64,000 nucleotides of DNA, taken from contig OZ076410.1 in assembly GCA_964187785.1 (NCBI GenBank), positions 47,058,001-47,122,000 on the forward strand. Reading direction: 5' to 3'. The translations under genes and the position numbers were made by a program. This document shows, piece by piece, positions 38,937 to 49,526 of this stretch. The stretch comes from Amphiscolops sp. MND2022 (lineage: Eukaryota). The notes under the pieces were generated by a model, which saw nothing but the letters and a program-made list of their open reading frames with translations, did not search any database and was not told where the DNA came from. The first letter of the stretch is position 1, and each line of letters begins with the position of its first letter.

Positions 38937-39960
38937 GTCCCGCTCTTTGGAAGATGAACAGAGCCGCTTCGAACCCATCAATGAAAGCACGCGAACGAAC
39001 TCCTCGATCCCTCACTGTCTCACCGTCGTAGGCGGTGGCTGTTAGATAATCCCCTAAAGTTTTGAGGGCAACTTGATCATATGTTTTCCCACATTGATCG
39101 CAGTGTCCCGCAACATTTGGCATTACTGTAGGGAAAAGCCGGAAATTTCTTCTAACGTCGGTTGGGATGAACGGCACATTCGGGCTATGCACAATTTGGA
39201 AAGGAAAACCCCATTGCACGCCTGGGTAGACAGGAAAATTGGGTTCTCGTAGGGCGTCAGGTCCTCCTCTTGGCGGCAACTGAATTATCAGAGGGGTCAT
39301 ATTGCTGACGGAAGGATCACTAGGGATCCCCCCAAATGTCGGCATGACATGTACGTTTGCAGTCTCCATATTTTGCGCGTGGTGTATAGGGAAATCTTGG
39401 CCATTCTCAGCATTCCTTTGCAGCGGATGAAAAGCTGATGCCTCTGGATCGTAGCTCAATGGGTAAGTGGGTAGTGCTGGACTATCGTAGCCTGCTTGTA
39501 CGACGTTCACACGCGGAGTGGGAAGGATTGCAGCGGTTGGGCGACCATAACTGTTTACTCTTGTATTGTCCAGATTGTCCATTCGACGCTCCTCTGGTGA
39601 TTCATTGGTCTCTTCGAATTCACTGTCAATGAATGAGGTGAGCGAAGCAGGGCTAATAACCCGGCTTTCCTCAATCAGTTCCATTAGCTCTTGTTCGATG
39701 CCAGTTCCTGTGGTATCTATAACACTGCCATGTAGGATTGGATCATTGCCTGATGGGAAGAGCTTTGCTGTTGTTGCCCCCATGAATGCAGTCATGGCAT
39801 CATGGGCCGTTTGGTTGACTCTGAATCGCTCTTCCAACTGTGGCACATTCCCGGGTTCAACCAGAAACTCGTCCCATGAGTTGCTTGAAATGTCTATCAC
39901 GTCTGGTGATATTGGAGAGTATAAGGAATCTTCTTCCAGGTTAAATTGTAGGCTGCTCAT
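38893..39960 (-). CDS. Orphan 355-aa ORF at the env position; acidic, Pro-rich, C-terminal CxxC
   Basis: Intact ATG-to-stop ORF, sense to gag-pol, ending 44 nt inside the 3' LTR. HCDQCGKTYD near the C-terminus. No obvious signal peptide or TM helix. Confidence 0.7.
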   Translation of the reverse strand: MSSLQFNLEEDSLYSPISPDVIDISSNSWDEFLVEPGNVPQLEERFRVNQTAHDAMTAFMGATTAKLFPSGNDPILHGSVIDTTGTGIEQELMELIEESRVISPASLTSFIDSEFEETNESPEERRMDNLDNTRVNSYGRPTAAILPTPRVNVVQAGYDSPALPTYPLSYDPEASAFHPLQRNAENGQDFPIHHAQNMETANVHVMPTFGGIPSDPSVSNMTPLIIQLPPRGGPDALREPNFPVYPGVQWGFPFQIVHSPNVPFIPTDVRRNFRLFPTVMPNVAGHCDQCGKTYDQVALKTLGDYLTATAYDGETVRDRGVRSRAFIDGFEAALFIFQRAGLSQPVSFSGSGVQQ

Positions 39961-40146
39961 TATTTAAGATTATCGACAGAGTGCTAAGTAAATTTTACTT
40001 CACTGAGGAAAAAGAAGTTTTAATATTTCAGATGACTGTATAGCAGTTTCACAAAGACCTTATGGTGAAAAGTTTTGGAGTTTCTTCCGATTTAAGAGTA
40101 AAAACCCGCGGAAAATATCGCATGTCATGGTCTGATCCTCTCAATT

Positions 40147-40158
40147 CCCTTATAAGGG
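40147..40158. promoter_or_regulatory. Palindromic TATA-like element CCCTTATAAGGG ~190 nt upstream of the orphan ORF
   Basis: Perfect 12-bp palindrome containing TATAAG on both strands. Function inferred from position only. Confidence 0.35.
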
Positions 40159-40869
40159 TTTTGCGGGGTTTCTGATCACAAGTTTTAACGACGCTGAGAG
40201 ATAAACAAATTCCATATTAGGCGATCCAAATTTCTTCATCACCTTACTTCCACATTTCTGTGTTCTTCACACTGTTTCGTCGAAGTTTTAAGTGATAGAT
40301 AAACAAATTTAACCTAACATCAAAGTAAAAGAAATGAAACCCGGTTTACAAAATTTGTTAAGTCATTAAAACCAAAAATCTATTTATTCGAATTTACATG
40401 ACAGAAGGTAAAAGAAAAATGTAAACTAGCAAAATAGGGTTCACTCTGACTAAGACCAGCTTTAAGCAAGCCTTAACTGCAAGGGGCATTTTGTTTTGTT
40501 ATTGTCCCGCACTTGAAAAGTGCGTGGGACTATGCCTATCAAATGATTTCACTGTAACAATCGAATTTTAAAATACAACTTCGTAAAAAGTAGTCCCTAA
40601 TTGCAATACCATATCAGTATACCATTGACACATCAAACTATATTCAAAAGAACAATAATCCACATGTATCACATATTCCAATAATATTAGGCATCTATCC
40701 GCATCAATTGACATGTAGGTTCTTCATTCTGTTACGTAATATTGAATCATTCACTCATTACCACTCATTACCAGTATCATTCTATCTCTTTAAACACACA
40801 CAACGAAAACCGCAAAGTGGCGAGAATACGTCATTGCTCGATCCGCTTGTTGCCGCATAGTCAAGTGAT

Positions 40870-40997
40870 TGCAATTCCGCATACTGCCGAGTACTCTCCA
40901 TCTGCAATTCCGCATACTGCCGCATACTCTCCATCTGCAATTCCGTATACTGCCGCATACTCTCCATCTGCAATTCCGCATACTGCCGCATACTCTC
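40870..40997 (+). repeat. 33-bp minisatellite x ~3.9 (TGCAATTCCGCATACTGCCGCATACTCTCCATC)
   Basis: Read directly. Holds seven CCG(C/T)ATA motifs, ~430 nt upstream of the antisense gene ATG. Confidence 0.95.
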
Positions 40998-41430
40998 GCT
41001 TAGCAAACCATTCCGATTTGCTTCGCAGGTCTGCATCTGTATATATTCTCGCATTCAAAATTATGGTGAGTCAATCAATCACGCTGGCAGACGTAATTGA
41101 CTTTTAATCAACCAATCAGATTTCAGTATTTCTTTTGCACATTTGCGCAAACTTGTTTCATTTGCTCTTTGCCTTGTATTTGTACGCCACGCCTCTTTGT
41201 CATGTTCTATTAACACTGCTTACGTACGTTTATCAAGTGAAATTCACAGTCAAAGTTCAAAGTCTCAGTATTTACAGTTTTAATTTTCTTTCCCTCTTTC
41301 ATCTGTCAACTACTTCTTCCCAGCACTTCAAGTGTCGCTCCCCTTACTCACGGGTTATCGCTCCGTTGTTCTCAACTTGCTGCTTACATGTGTTCCACAA
41401 CGAATTACCTTTGGTAGAAAATGGATTCCC

Positions 41431-44400
41431 ATGGACGAATTGGCGGGTAGTTTCACCCAGGATGTGTATCGAGACTTGATTCCGCAATGTAGTTCCCAAA
41501 TGGAATCCCCCCGATTTGATCCATTTCTTCCACAAACCGAGAACAATGATGACGCTCCCCAGAATTCTGCTGTGGTTGGACTGGATACAGTACTGAACCC
41601 CGAAGATATTCGTCTGCAGGAGGATATCGGTCATGCCGGAGAAGAATCCAATCTTCAGGTTGGAACCCTCTCGAGCCTCAGCATTACACGACAAGAGATT
41701 CTCGTTTTGTCGAGTGTGCTTGATAGAATACCCCAGCATTTCTTACTAATGAAGAAATTAACATTCATCAACCCATGGGGTTGACAATTGTAGACGATCT
41801 TGTGCCGACCGCAATTCCTGCCACTTCTAGTCAGGAAGAGTTAACCATGCACACTGATCCCGGAACAACGCATCAGGAGACAGGTCAGAACGTCCCTTTG
41901 GCGCGAGGGAAACGACGTCGAGCCAAGTATTCTCTAACCGGCGGAATGCTCAAAAAACGTCCTGTCCTAAAATTCTCTGCCACCGGACCATTAGATAAAA
42001 GCAAGTCCCCCCATAAATGGTGGTGCAGAGTCTGCAAAGTAGAGCTGTCGCTCATGAGCCGGGGGAGTCTCGAACTGATTTCGCACTACCGCTCAGAGGC
42101 TCACCTAATCAAGGAGCATCGTATCCGCATGGAGGTGCCAGGAATGTCTCTCTACGATAAGGACCAGACTGAATTGTTAGGGGTTGCTCTCCAAGAAGCG
42201 AAGAGGAAAGCTAAAGACACTTATCCTATTGCTCCCCAACTCGATTCCTGCCGACCTCTCGTGGGACAAGAGTCAATCCCTGATTTTACCGCTGCTAGTA
42301 GTCCTACAGACAAAGTGCAATCTCAAATTAGTATTCTTGAGTTCGGTTTGAAGCATGGTGGACACATTTCCAGTCTAACGGGAATGTATGACGAGCTTGT
42401 GCGCTTAACATCCAGCGATCGATTGTCAATGCAAAATTGGGTCCCGAACGTCTCTTCGTAAGTCCCTTCTTCCTTTTCTCTAGGTTATTTTCAATATCAT
42501 TTTGATATCCTAGGTATTACATATGTCATTTTACGCGATGTGCTCGTCCAATACCCTCTTCAGTTCTTTCGTATATTAAAGGCATTTCATGTTACAGGGT
42601 ATCCTAGTGGACATGTTTCGAGAATTGGTAAGCTACTGTGTCTCGATGGTCACTTCTTCTGGATATTATTCTTTGGCCATCCAACATACTAGCACCGTGT
42701 CTTTCGTCATGCTTTGTTTCTGGGCCGGCAATGTTTACCATCGAGTCTGCCTTGGTGGGGCACCTCGAGGACTGTTACTCCCACGGAAGGTCATCGCCCT
42801 GGTATCCTCTTTACTCAGTCTCTTCGAGACTTACCCGACTTGTGTGGCCCTTATTGACTTCGAAGGCAAAATTAGCGAGTGTCTGATTGCTTCCCTGCCT
42901 GGATCACACTGCCCCACAATAGTCCACACATTTGGCCCTAAGGAGTTTGAACGCAGTTTGGCTACCCCAACTGTACAGATAATCGAAAGGCATGACTACC
43001 GGACAATTTTGGATTTTCTGATGATGAAACTCAGAACAGCCCTCGATCGGGATTGGTTACAACAGTTACCCCTCTTGCATAAGGTAAAATCCCAATCACA
43101 AGTCACTTTGTTCCTTGATAGAAAACTCTTTTCTTGTCAATTCCAATTCTTTAATGTTGTAGTGTGTCATCCAATTGGACTGTTCACTTGCCGAAGCATC
43201 AGATTTGATTGAGATCCTGTCCGGCAACTGGAATCATGTCCAGAATCATTTAAATCAAGTGGCTCGACTCCCTGCTTATCGCTTCCACATGAGAGAGGTT
43301 ATTTTCAGTTTTCTTTATTTGCCTTTAGTCAGGACTGTCCCCCTCTTATTTTCTAATTTTCTTTCCAGCCAAGCACTTTGGACGAGTGTTTTCGCCTGGA
43401 CACGGCCTACTTGGCCAGACTATTCATCATTAGATGCGTCCTTGATCACTGTTAGTTGGTTGTTTCTTTTGCTCAGTCCAAAAGTCGGAGTTTCACCGTA
43501 CATACTTAATATTATGTTCATTTTATAACATGAATTTCGATATCTACCCTTTCCACTAGGATATATAGTTCATCCCTTTCATACCAAGACAAATAGTTAC
43601 TTGGCCTATTTCTCATAATTGCGTTTAATTGCCCTTGGCCGCTGGTTTCTGATTTGTATTGCATTGTTTTATGATGGATCCGTATCATGACAAGTAGTCG
43701 GTACATCTCAAAACGTGTAGTGTCGCATCGTCACCATATAATACTATTTCAGCATAGTGGCGAGCGCTCTCCACAACTCAAACCGTATAGTGACGCACCG
43801 ATTTCGCTGCTTGAACTGAATAATGACGTATAGTTGTCGTCTTCTACTAGTTCCGCATAGTGCCGAGTAATCGTCACAGCTCAAGCCGCATAGTGACGTA
43901 TAATCGTCGCACCTTGAACCGCATAATGACGCGTAATTCTTGCAATACTATGTATTGAAGTAGTTGGTGCGGCTTGTTTCTTCACGTGTTGTATTAGTTA
44001 ATCCCATTCAGAGTTTCAACACGTTGATTTTTTATGATTTTTCATTTTATAGTTGTAATTTGAGTGTTTTGTCTTGTTTCAGACAATTCATCATTCGCAG
44101 AGGTTCAGAAACAGGTGGAAGGCGGCTTTCGTTTGTTCAACCAGTTTACGGTTTTTGCCTACAGTCAATTGCAAAGCATCTTGCCCGATAGTACCTTGGG
44201 CAACATTTCGAACTGGGACGGCTTCCTTCATCTAGATTTGGATTCTACCGCATTACCGTACAAGTCTCCCGATGAGTTCATATTGAATGAAGACTTTCAC
44301 CGACTTGTGATTGCTAGCAAATTACCTCGGCCAGGTAAATTCGTGGAACAGTCAATCAGTTTCTGTAAGGCTTTCTGCAGACAATTGCTGATACATGATT

Positions 44401-45191
44401 TTGTTCAATCGGATTTGCTCAGGGGGCTATCTGCTTTTGACACTGCCGTTATTTTTGAAAATTCTGAAGAGCATTACGTTACAGCGATCGATAAGTTGAC
44501 TTCTCATTTTGTATCAGCCGGGTTATTCTCCTCCAGCGATAAAGTGAAGGCTGTTAGCCAATACCGCTCACTTGTGACAAAGTTACGTGTTGGTTCTGTT
44601 CCTGAGTACAGCGATTGGATTCATTTTATGTCATCATACTATGAATTACAGTGTCGACCAGAGTTATTCCGTTTGTTCAAGCACTCTTGCCTCTGTCTGG
44701 CGCCGATTGTAGAGTTGCCGTCACCCTCCATAGTGCCTATCCCAAATTTGGAATCTGATAAGGACTTATTTCAGTCCTGCATCCGGAGTCTCGAGGTTTC
44801 TTATCAGACAGTGCCACATGTTTCGAGTTTATTTAGAGATCCGAAAGCCGTTGGAAGAGTCTTCCGTTTGCTAGGGAGGGGGATAGACTTGATAGGTGAC
44901 AAGAAGTTTTCTGTATGGAATTTCCTTAAGGGGAGTGGTTCCCGAAGATCAGTCTTGCTTGGTAAAATGGAAACTAACTACAGGAAAGCTGTTCTGCGTC
45001 GTGATAAGCCTTCTGTATCTTCCAGCGCCACTACTCCGAGTGTGAGCAGGACCAGCAGCGTGGGTAGTAGTCCCTCACCAGATCCTTCATCGAGTCGGGC
45101 TAGTTTCCCACTAAACCGATGTTCAAGCGGAGCCGAGCAAACTGTCTCGAAGAAGGCGAGTGCAAAGGTGTCAAAGTCAAAGAAAAACTAG
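41431..45191 (+). CDS. Six-exon antisense gene, ~920 aa: TTF/BED-like zinc finger plus degenerate hAT-transposase-like body (one apparent 1-nt deletion at ~42440)
   Basis: Exons 41431-41658, 41727-42457, 42598-43083, 43163-43297, 43369-43450, 44083-45191. All introns are GT-AG. Phases match (0, 0, 0, 0, 1) provided one G is restored in TGGGTCCC at 42438-42445. Finger WWCRVC-x16-HYRSEAH. YYSLAIQH, VALIDFEG, CPTIVHTF and RPELFRLFKHSCLCL occur in hAT core/dimerisation order. Confidence 0.78.
43730..43935 (+). repeat. Degenerate ~35-40-bp repeat array built on CCG(C/T)ATA(G/A)TGACG in intron 5 of the antisense gene
   Basis: CCGTATAGTGACG (~43783), CCGCATAGTGCCG (~43854), CCGCATAGTGACG (~43887), CCGCATAATGACG (~43919), plus ACGTATA variants. 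Confidence 0.85.
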
Positions 45192-45427
45192 TTGTTGACT
45201 GTTTCTCTTTATTTAGTCTTATACTCATCTTTTGTTTCATTTGTGTTGTAAAGCTGCGCATCCTTGTATTTATTTGGGTGAAGCGCGGATTGTAGTATAG
45301 AAAAAAGAAACGGGGAAAAGTTAAACTACGCGCTAAAAGTGCGGTTAAGAGAGAAGGAGTTCAAAGAAATTTTTCCTCTGCAATTCTTTTCTTAGTGTTT
45401 GTATGAGTCGAAGTCTAGAAGTTGTTT

Positions 45428-47656
45428 TTAATACCTATATGTGTCAGAGTAGTTTGGGTTGGGGTTAGGACGTAAGTTGTATTTTTCACCGCGTGTGTTC
45501 ATGGGTTCTTCTTGCAATGGGGTGTTTTGGGAATTTTCTGGGGTTTCTGAAAGGCGTTCTGAAAGGCGTGGAATGTAGTTGCGATAGTAGTTTAAAAATC
45601 CGATGTACCTCTGCAATGCCTTCTTTGATTTGGGAAAGCGAAGTTTTGAGAGGAAATCTTTGACTTTGTCGGCTTGGGGGGCGACTCCATGAGGAGTTAT
45701 TGTGCGACCCAAGAAATCAACTTGTTTGACTCCGAAATGACACTTCAACATGAAAAGTTTCAATCCCGCGTTGCGGATGCATTCGAAGACTGTTCTGATG
45801 TTTGTACACAATTGTTTTGTGTCATTCGCTGCTATTCCAATGTCATCTACATATTGGGCACATTGGTCTGCTTTTATTGCTTTGTCCAGGTACTCTCTCA
45901 TGAAGCTTGAAAATGCAGAAAATGATCTGCTGAGGCCCTGGGCGAGACGACGGTATGCAAATGTTCTGCTTGCAAAATTGAAAGCAAGCATCTGAATTGA
46001 TTGATAGTCTGCCATTTGTAGGCAGTGGTAGGCCTGGGAGCAATCTAATTTGCCGAAGAGTTTTTTCCCTGCCATGTGTTGGGCTGCGTCCGACAAAGTG
46101 CTTACCGGATGGTTATTATTGGTGTAATCTTCAGATATTAAGTTATTGATTTTCCTTAGGTCTACAAGAAGCCTAAGGCGCCCATTGGGTTTGCGTTGTG
46201 CAAATATGGGACTCGCGTATTTAGAGAAGGGTAGAGTTGTAATGATACCATACTTATGTAGGAGTGCAAGTTCTACTGTGATATCATCTTTGAGATTGAT
46301 GGGAGTTGGCAGACTTTGACTGTAAGCAGGTCTGTCATCATTTGGTGTGAGTTCTACTTTAAATTCACGATTTATGCCAATATCGAAACGATGTCTGGCA
46401 AAAATGTCATGGAATTCTATGAGGATTTCTTCAATTTCCTGTTGTTCTTCAAGGTCGAGTGTGGTATCCGACCAGTCGAAGTTCGACAGGAAAGCTTTTC
46501 GAGAAGATTCGTTGTCGTGTGGATTCAATTTCTCGAGTACTTTTAGTTCGAGAAGTTCGTTGTAAATCCTTTGTTGAATTGGGGTGTAAGTAGCTGGGTC
46601 ACCTGGTTCTTCGGGTGTTGGGAACCAGTATGTTTCGTGTTCAGTATTTGGTTGTGGGACCTTTAGCAATTCATTTATGTAGACTTCTGTTGTTTCTTCA
46701 TGTTGTATCATGAAAGATAGCAACGCTGGCTCTACCGGTTGGATGTGTTTGATTTGTTCTGGAGTTAGTATCTTGAAGTCCGCTAAATGGGTATCAAGAG
46801 TTATTGTATATGGTAGTTCGGAGAAATTGATGATTTGATATCCGATAGCATTGTTATTGACAGTGCTGAGTGATGCTGTGATAAAGATGCTATCGTGGTT
46901 TTCAAATTGTTGTGATGGTGTGACAATTCCGGTCGCATCATGATCCATCAGATGAGGCATTTTGCTTGCTATTGCAAGTGTTTCTCCTGGTTGTAGGGTG
47001 TATGTATTTTCGGCAAACAATGGTGTTGCTTGGCGTATTGCTGTTTGTGTATCAGGCTTGAGCTGCATCGAGAGGTAGGGAAAAGTTAATATGCCTTGAT
47101 TGACGTCAAAGATTGCATTGTTCCTTCTGAGGAAACACAATCCAATGAGTGGGTTTGGTAGATTTTTCATGACGATGAAATTTTCCTTCAACATGAAATC
47201 AGCCACTTCGAATTCGAGTAATACAGTACCAATGGGAACTTCGAGTTGTCCGTTAGCCACCTTAATTTGGAAGTTTGGTGGGGGACCAGTTTCTTTGATA
47301 GCTTCACTTGCTAATAGTTTGATTTTATTACGGTCTTGTTCAGAGATTGCGCTTGTAAGCGCTCCTGTATCAATAAGACCATCAAGGGTGAGTTTTTCAA
47401 AGTCCATCGGTATGTAGTACATATGGCGTTTTCTCTTCAATGTCAAGGAGGTTGAGATTGGAAGGTATGACAAGTTCCGTTCCTTGTCGAATTGTATATG
47501 TTCAGTGGGATCTTCATCTAAAAGGGGTTGTTTTTCTTCATTGTAAGAAGGTTTTATTATAACATGATTCTTTGAAGTGTGGTGAATTTCTGGAGTTGGG
47601 TCAATTTTGGGATGGGTTGGTTGTTGTGGAAAGTAGTTGTCTGGTGCATCGTGCAA
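45428..47656 (-). pseudogene. Gypsy pol: protease and RT, with RNase H and integrase removed by an in-frame deletion
   Basis: LIDTGA protease; RLLVDLRKIN, LDCSQAYH, YRRLAQGL, YVDDI, VDFLG, FLNYYRNYIP. It then jumps at RLSE|TPENSQ (~45545) to the typical C-terminal tail YNLRPNPNPNYSDTYRY. Confidence 0.92.
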
Positions 47657-47826
47657 AAGTTCGTATAAGTCTTCAGTTTGAGTTTCTAGTGTCGATTGCT
47701 GCGAATTTTGTGTGGTTAATTCAGTTTCGCAGACTGCTGTTTTTGTAGGTTTTGGGCTTAGCGGATGCTGCCAGTCATCTGCTAAGTTTTGTTTTGGTGG
47801 TGATTTTGTGTAAGGGCGTGGCGTTT

Positions 47827-49526
47827 CTAGTTTAAATCCTTCGACGAGGATTGTTGTTGTCGTTCCATTTTTGGTTTGATTGGTTTTTTGGCTTGTTTAT
47901 AGTTTTCAATCACCTTTTTCTGGGCTTCTGTGAGAGTCCATTTAGGTGGCCGGTTTTCCATGTTTGCGCCAAAGTAGCAATTTTCTTCATCGTGTCCAGG
48001 TGTATTGCAATTTTGGCATTTTTCAGCATCTGGGTCTTTCTCAAGTTTACGCCGTTTGGCTAATTTGGGACAGTCAGCCATCATGTGGCCTGTCTCTTTG
48101 CAGTAACGGCATTGATCATTTTTGAGTGTTTTACTTGGTACTGTTTTTGGTGTTTGTGTTTTGGCTTTTTCATTTTGTTTTTTGTTGGTTTTTTCAGTGT
48201 TTTGTTCTTTTTTCGTAGCCGACATCTGGGTTTTCACCAAGGGTTCATCAGCTTCTAAACCATTTAGCTCCATCTCTCTTTCGAGATGTTTGACGATTTG
48301 GTCATATGTTCCATTTTCAAGGTATGCTTGATTAATGGACTTTTTGAGGTGGGGAGGCATTTTAGCGTAGAGTAGGTTCTCTATCATCTGATATGCGTTC
48401 TCCCCGAACGCTTTTTCGGCACTCTCCTGGAGTTCCTCTAAAAAATCTGGAAGTTTCTGGTGTTCTGGGTCAAATGCAAGTCTATTGAATCTGTGCTTAG
48501 CTGAGGCACTAGATTCCGGCTTGACATATTTCCTGCGAAAGACTTTTAGGATGTCTTCCAAAGTCGTTGTTGGGGTTCGTTGTATATTTTTAAACGTTTT
48601 GAGTGCCAAACCTCTGAGATGTGCATGAAAATGGTTGATTTTCATCTCCTCAGTTAGGTTTGGTTGCATTTTTAGGGTTGTGTGGAACAAGTCTTCAAAG
48701 TATTCAAATTTCTCATTTTTCTCATTTTTTCCATTGAAAGTTAAAGTGTTTTTCGGGTGAAACAGTGATGGTTGTGTGTTTTTGTTAGCTAGTCTTTCGA
48801 TTGCGAGTGCAATTTGGTTGACTGGGTCAAGTGGTTTTGTTGTCAAATTTGGCAGATTTTGCTCTGCGTGGGCCCTGCTGTGTCATTTAGTTTTTGTGAA
48901 CTTTGTCTATGGAGTTGTCGGTTGGCTCCTGTCACCATGTGATAATCCTCTTCTGGGCTTTCAGTATTAGATTCTTCATCTGAATGTATAGTAATATTTA
49001 CGTCTGATTCGCTCCGAAACAAAGGCTTTGCAGGATGTCTGAGATCTTTCATTTTAGAAGCTCTAAGAGGATGATCGTCATTTTCGGAATCAGAATTCTC
49101 GTTATTAGATGCGCGAACTCCCATAGACCGCACTGTTTTGGATCCCGAAGGTTGCAGATCTTGTATTTCATCAATATCAGATCTTGGGTTTGTCATTGTT
49201 GATGTGGTTTTATTCGATTTAACTTCTTTCAAAATTGCTTCAAGTTTACTATCCATTTCTTCTCTCATTTTCTCAATTTTGTGATCGTTCTTTTGTTCCA
49301 TTATTTGGGTCCATACTTGGATTTCACTGTTGAGCAGGCTAGGTTCAGTTAACTGGTTTGGTGCACTATTTTCACCTAAACCTTCTTGATCAATAACATT
49401 AGAATTAGTCAAAGTCACATTACCTGGGTTAGGCGTTTCTACTTGTGCTTCACTCAAATTTCTGTCAGGGGATGGTGTTGCTAATCTCCTGGACCTTCTG
49501 CTTCTCTTATTTCCCATCTTGCTCAA
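47827..49526 (-). CDS. Gypsy gag with N-terminal extension encoded in the 5' LTR; apparent 1-nt frameshift near 48870
   Basis: ORF 48843-49526 starts at an ATG inside the LTR. ORF 47827-48846 has only a TTG start but is open upstream to AEQNLPNL. Capsid-like FNGKNEKNEKFEYFEDLF; knuckles CRYCKETGHMMADC and CQNCNTPGHDEENC. Confidence 0.82.
48924..48937 (-). promoter_or_regulatory. Primer-binding site TGGTGACAGGAGCC
   Basis: Begins TGG immediately after the LTR-terminal CA. Resembles Leu-type tRNA 3' ends, but the primer is not identified with certainty. Confidence 0.8.

Noticed and set aside
38893-39960. env gene
   Set aside because: No signal peptide, furin site or transmembrane helix visible.
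43730-43935. Repeat-plus-variable-spacer pattern resembling a CRISPR array
   Set aside because: The conserved part is only 7-13 bp and degenerate, the spacers are related to each other, there are no cas genes, and the context is a eukaryotic intron.
48843-48880. Programmed -1 frameshift between the LTR ORF and gag
   Set aside because: No X XXY YYZ heptamer in the correct phase. A 1-nt loss in the C-run GGGCCC(C)AC explains it more simply.
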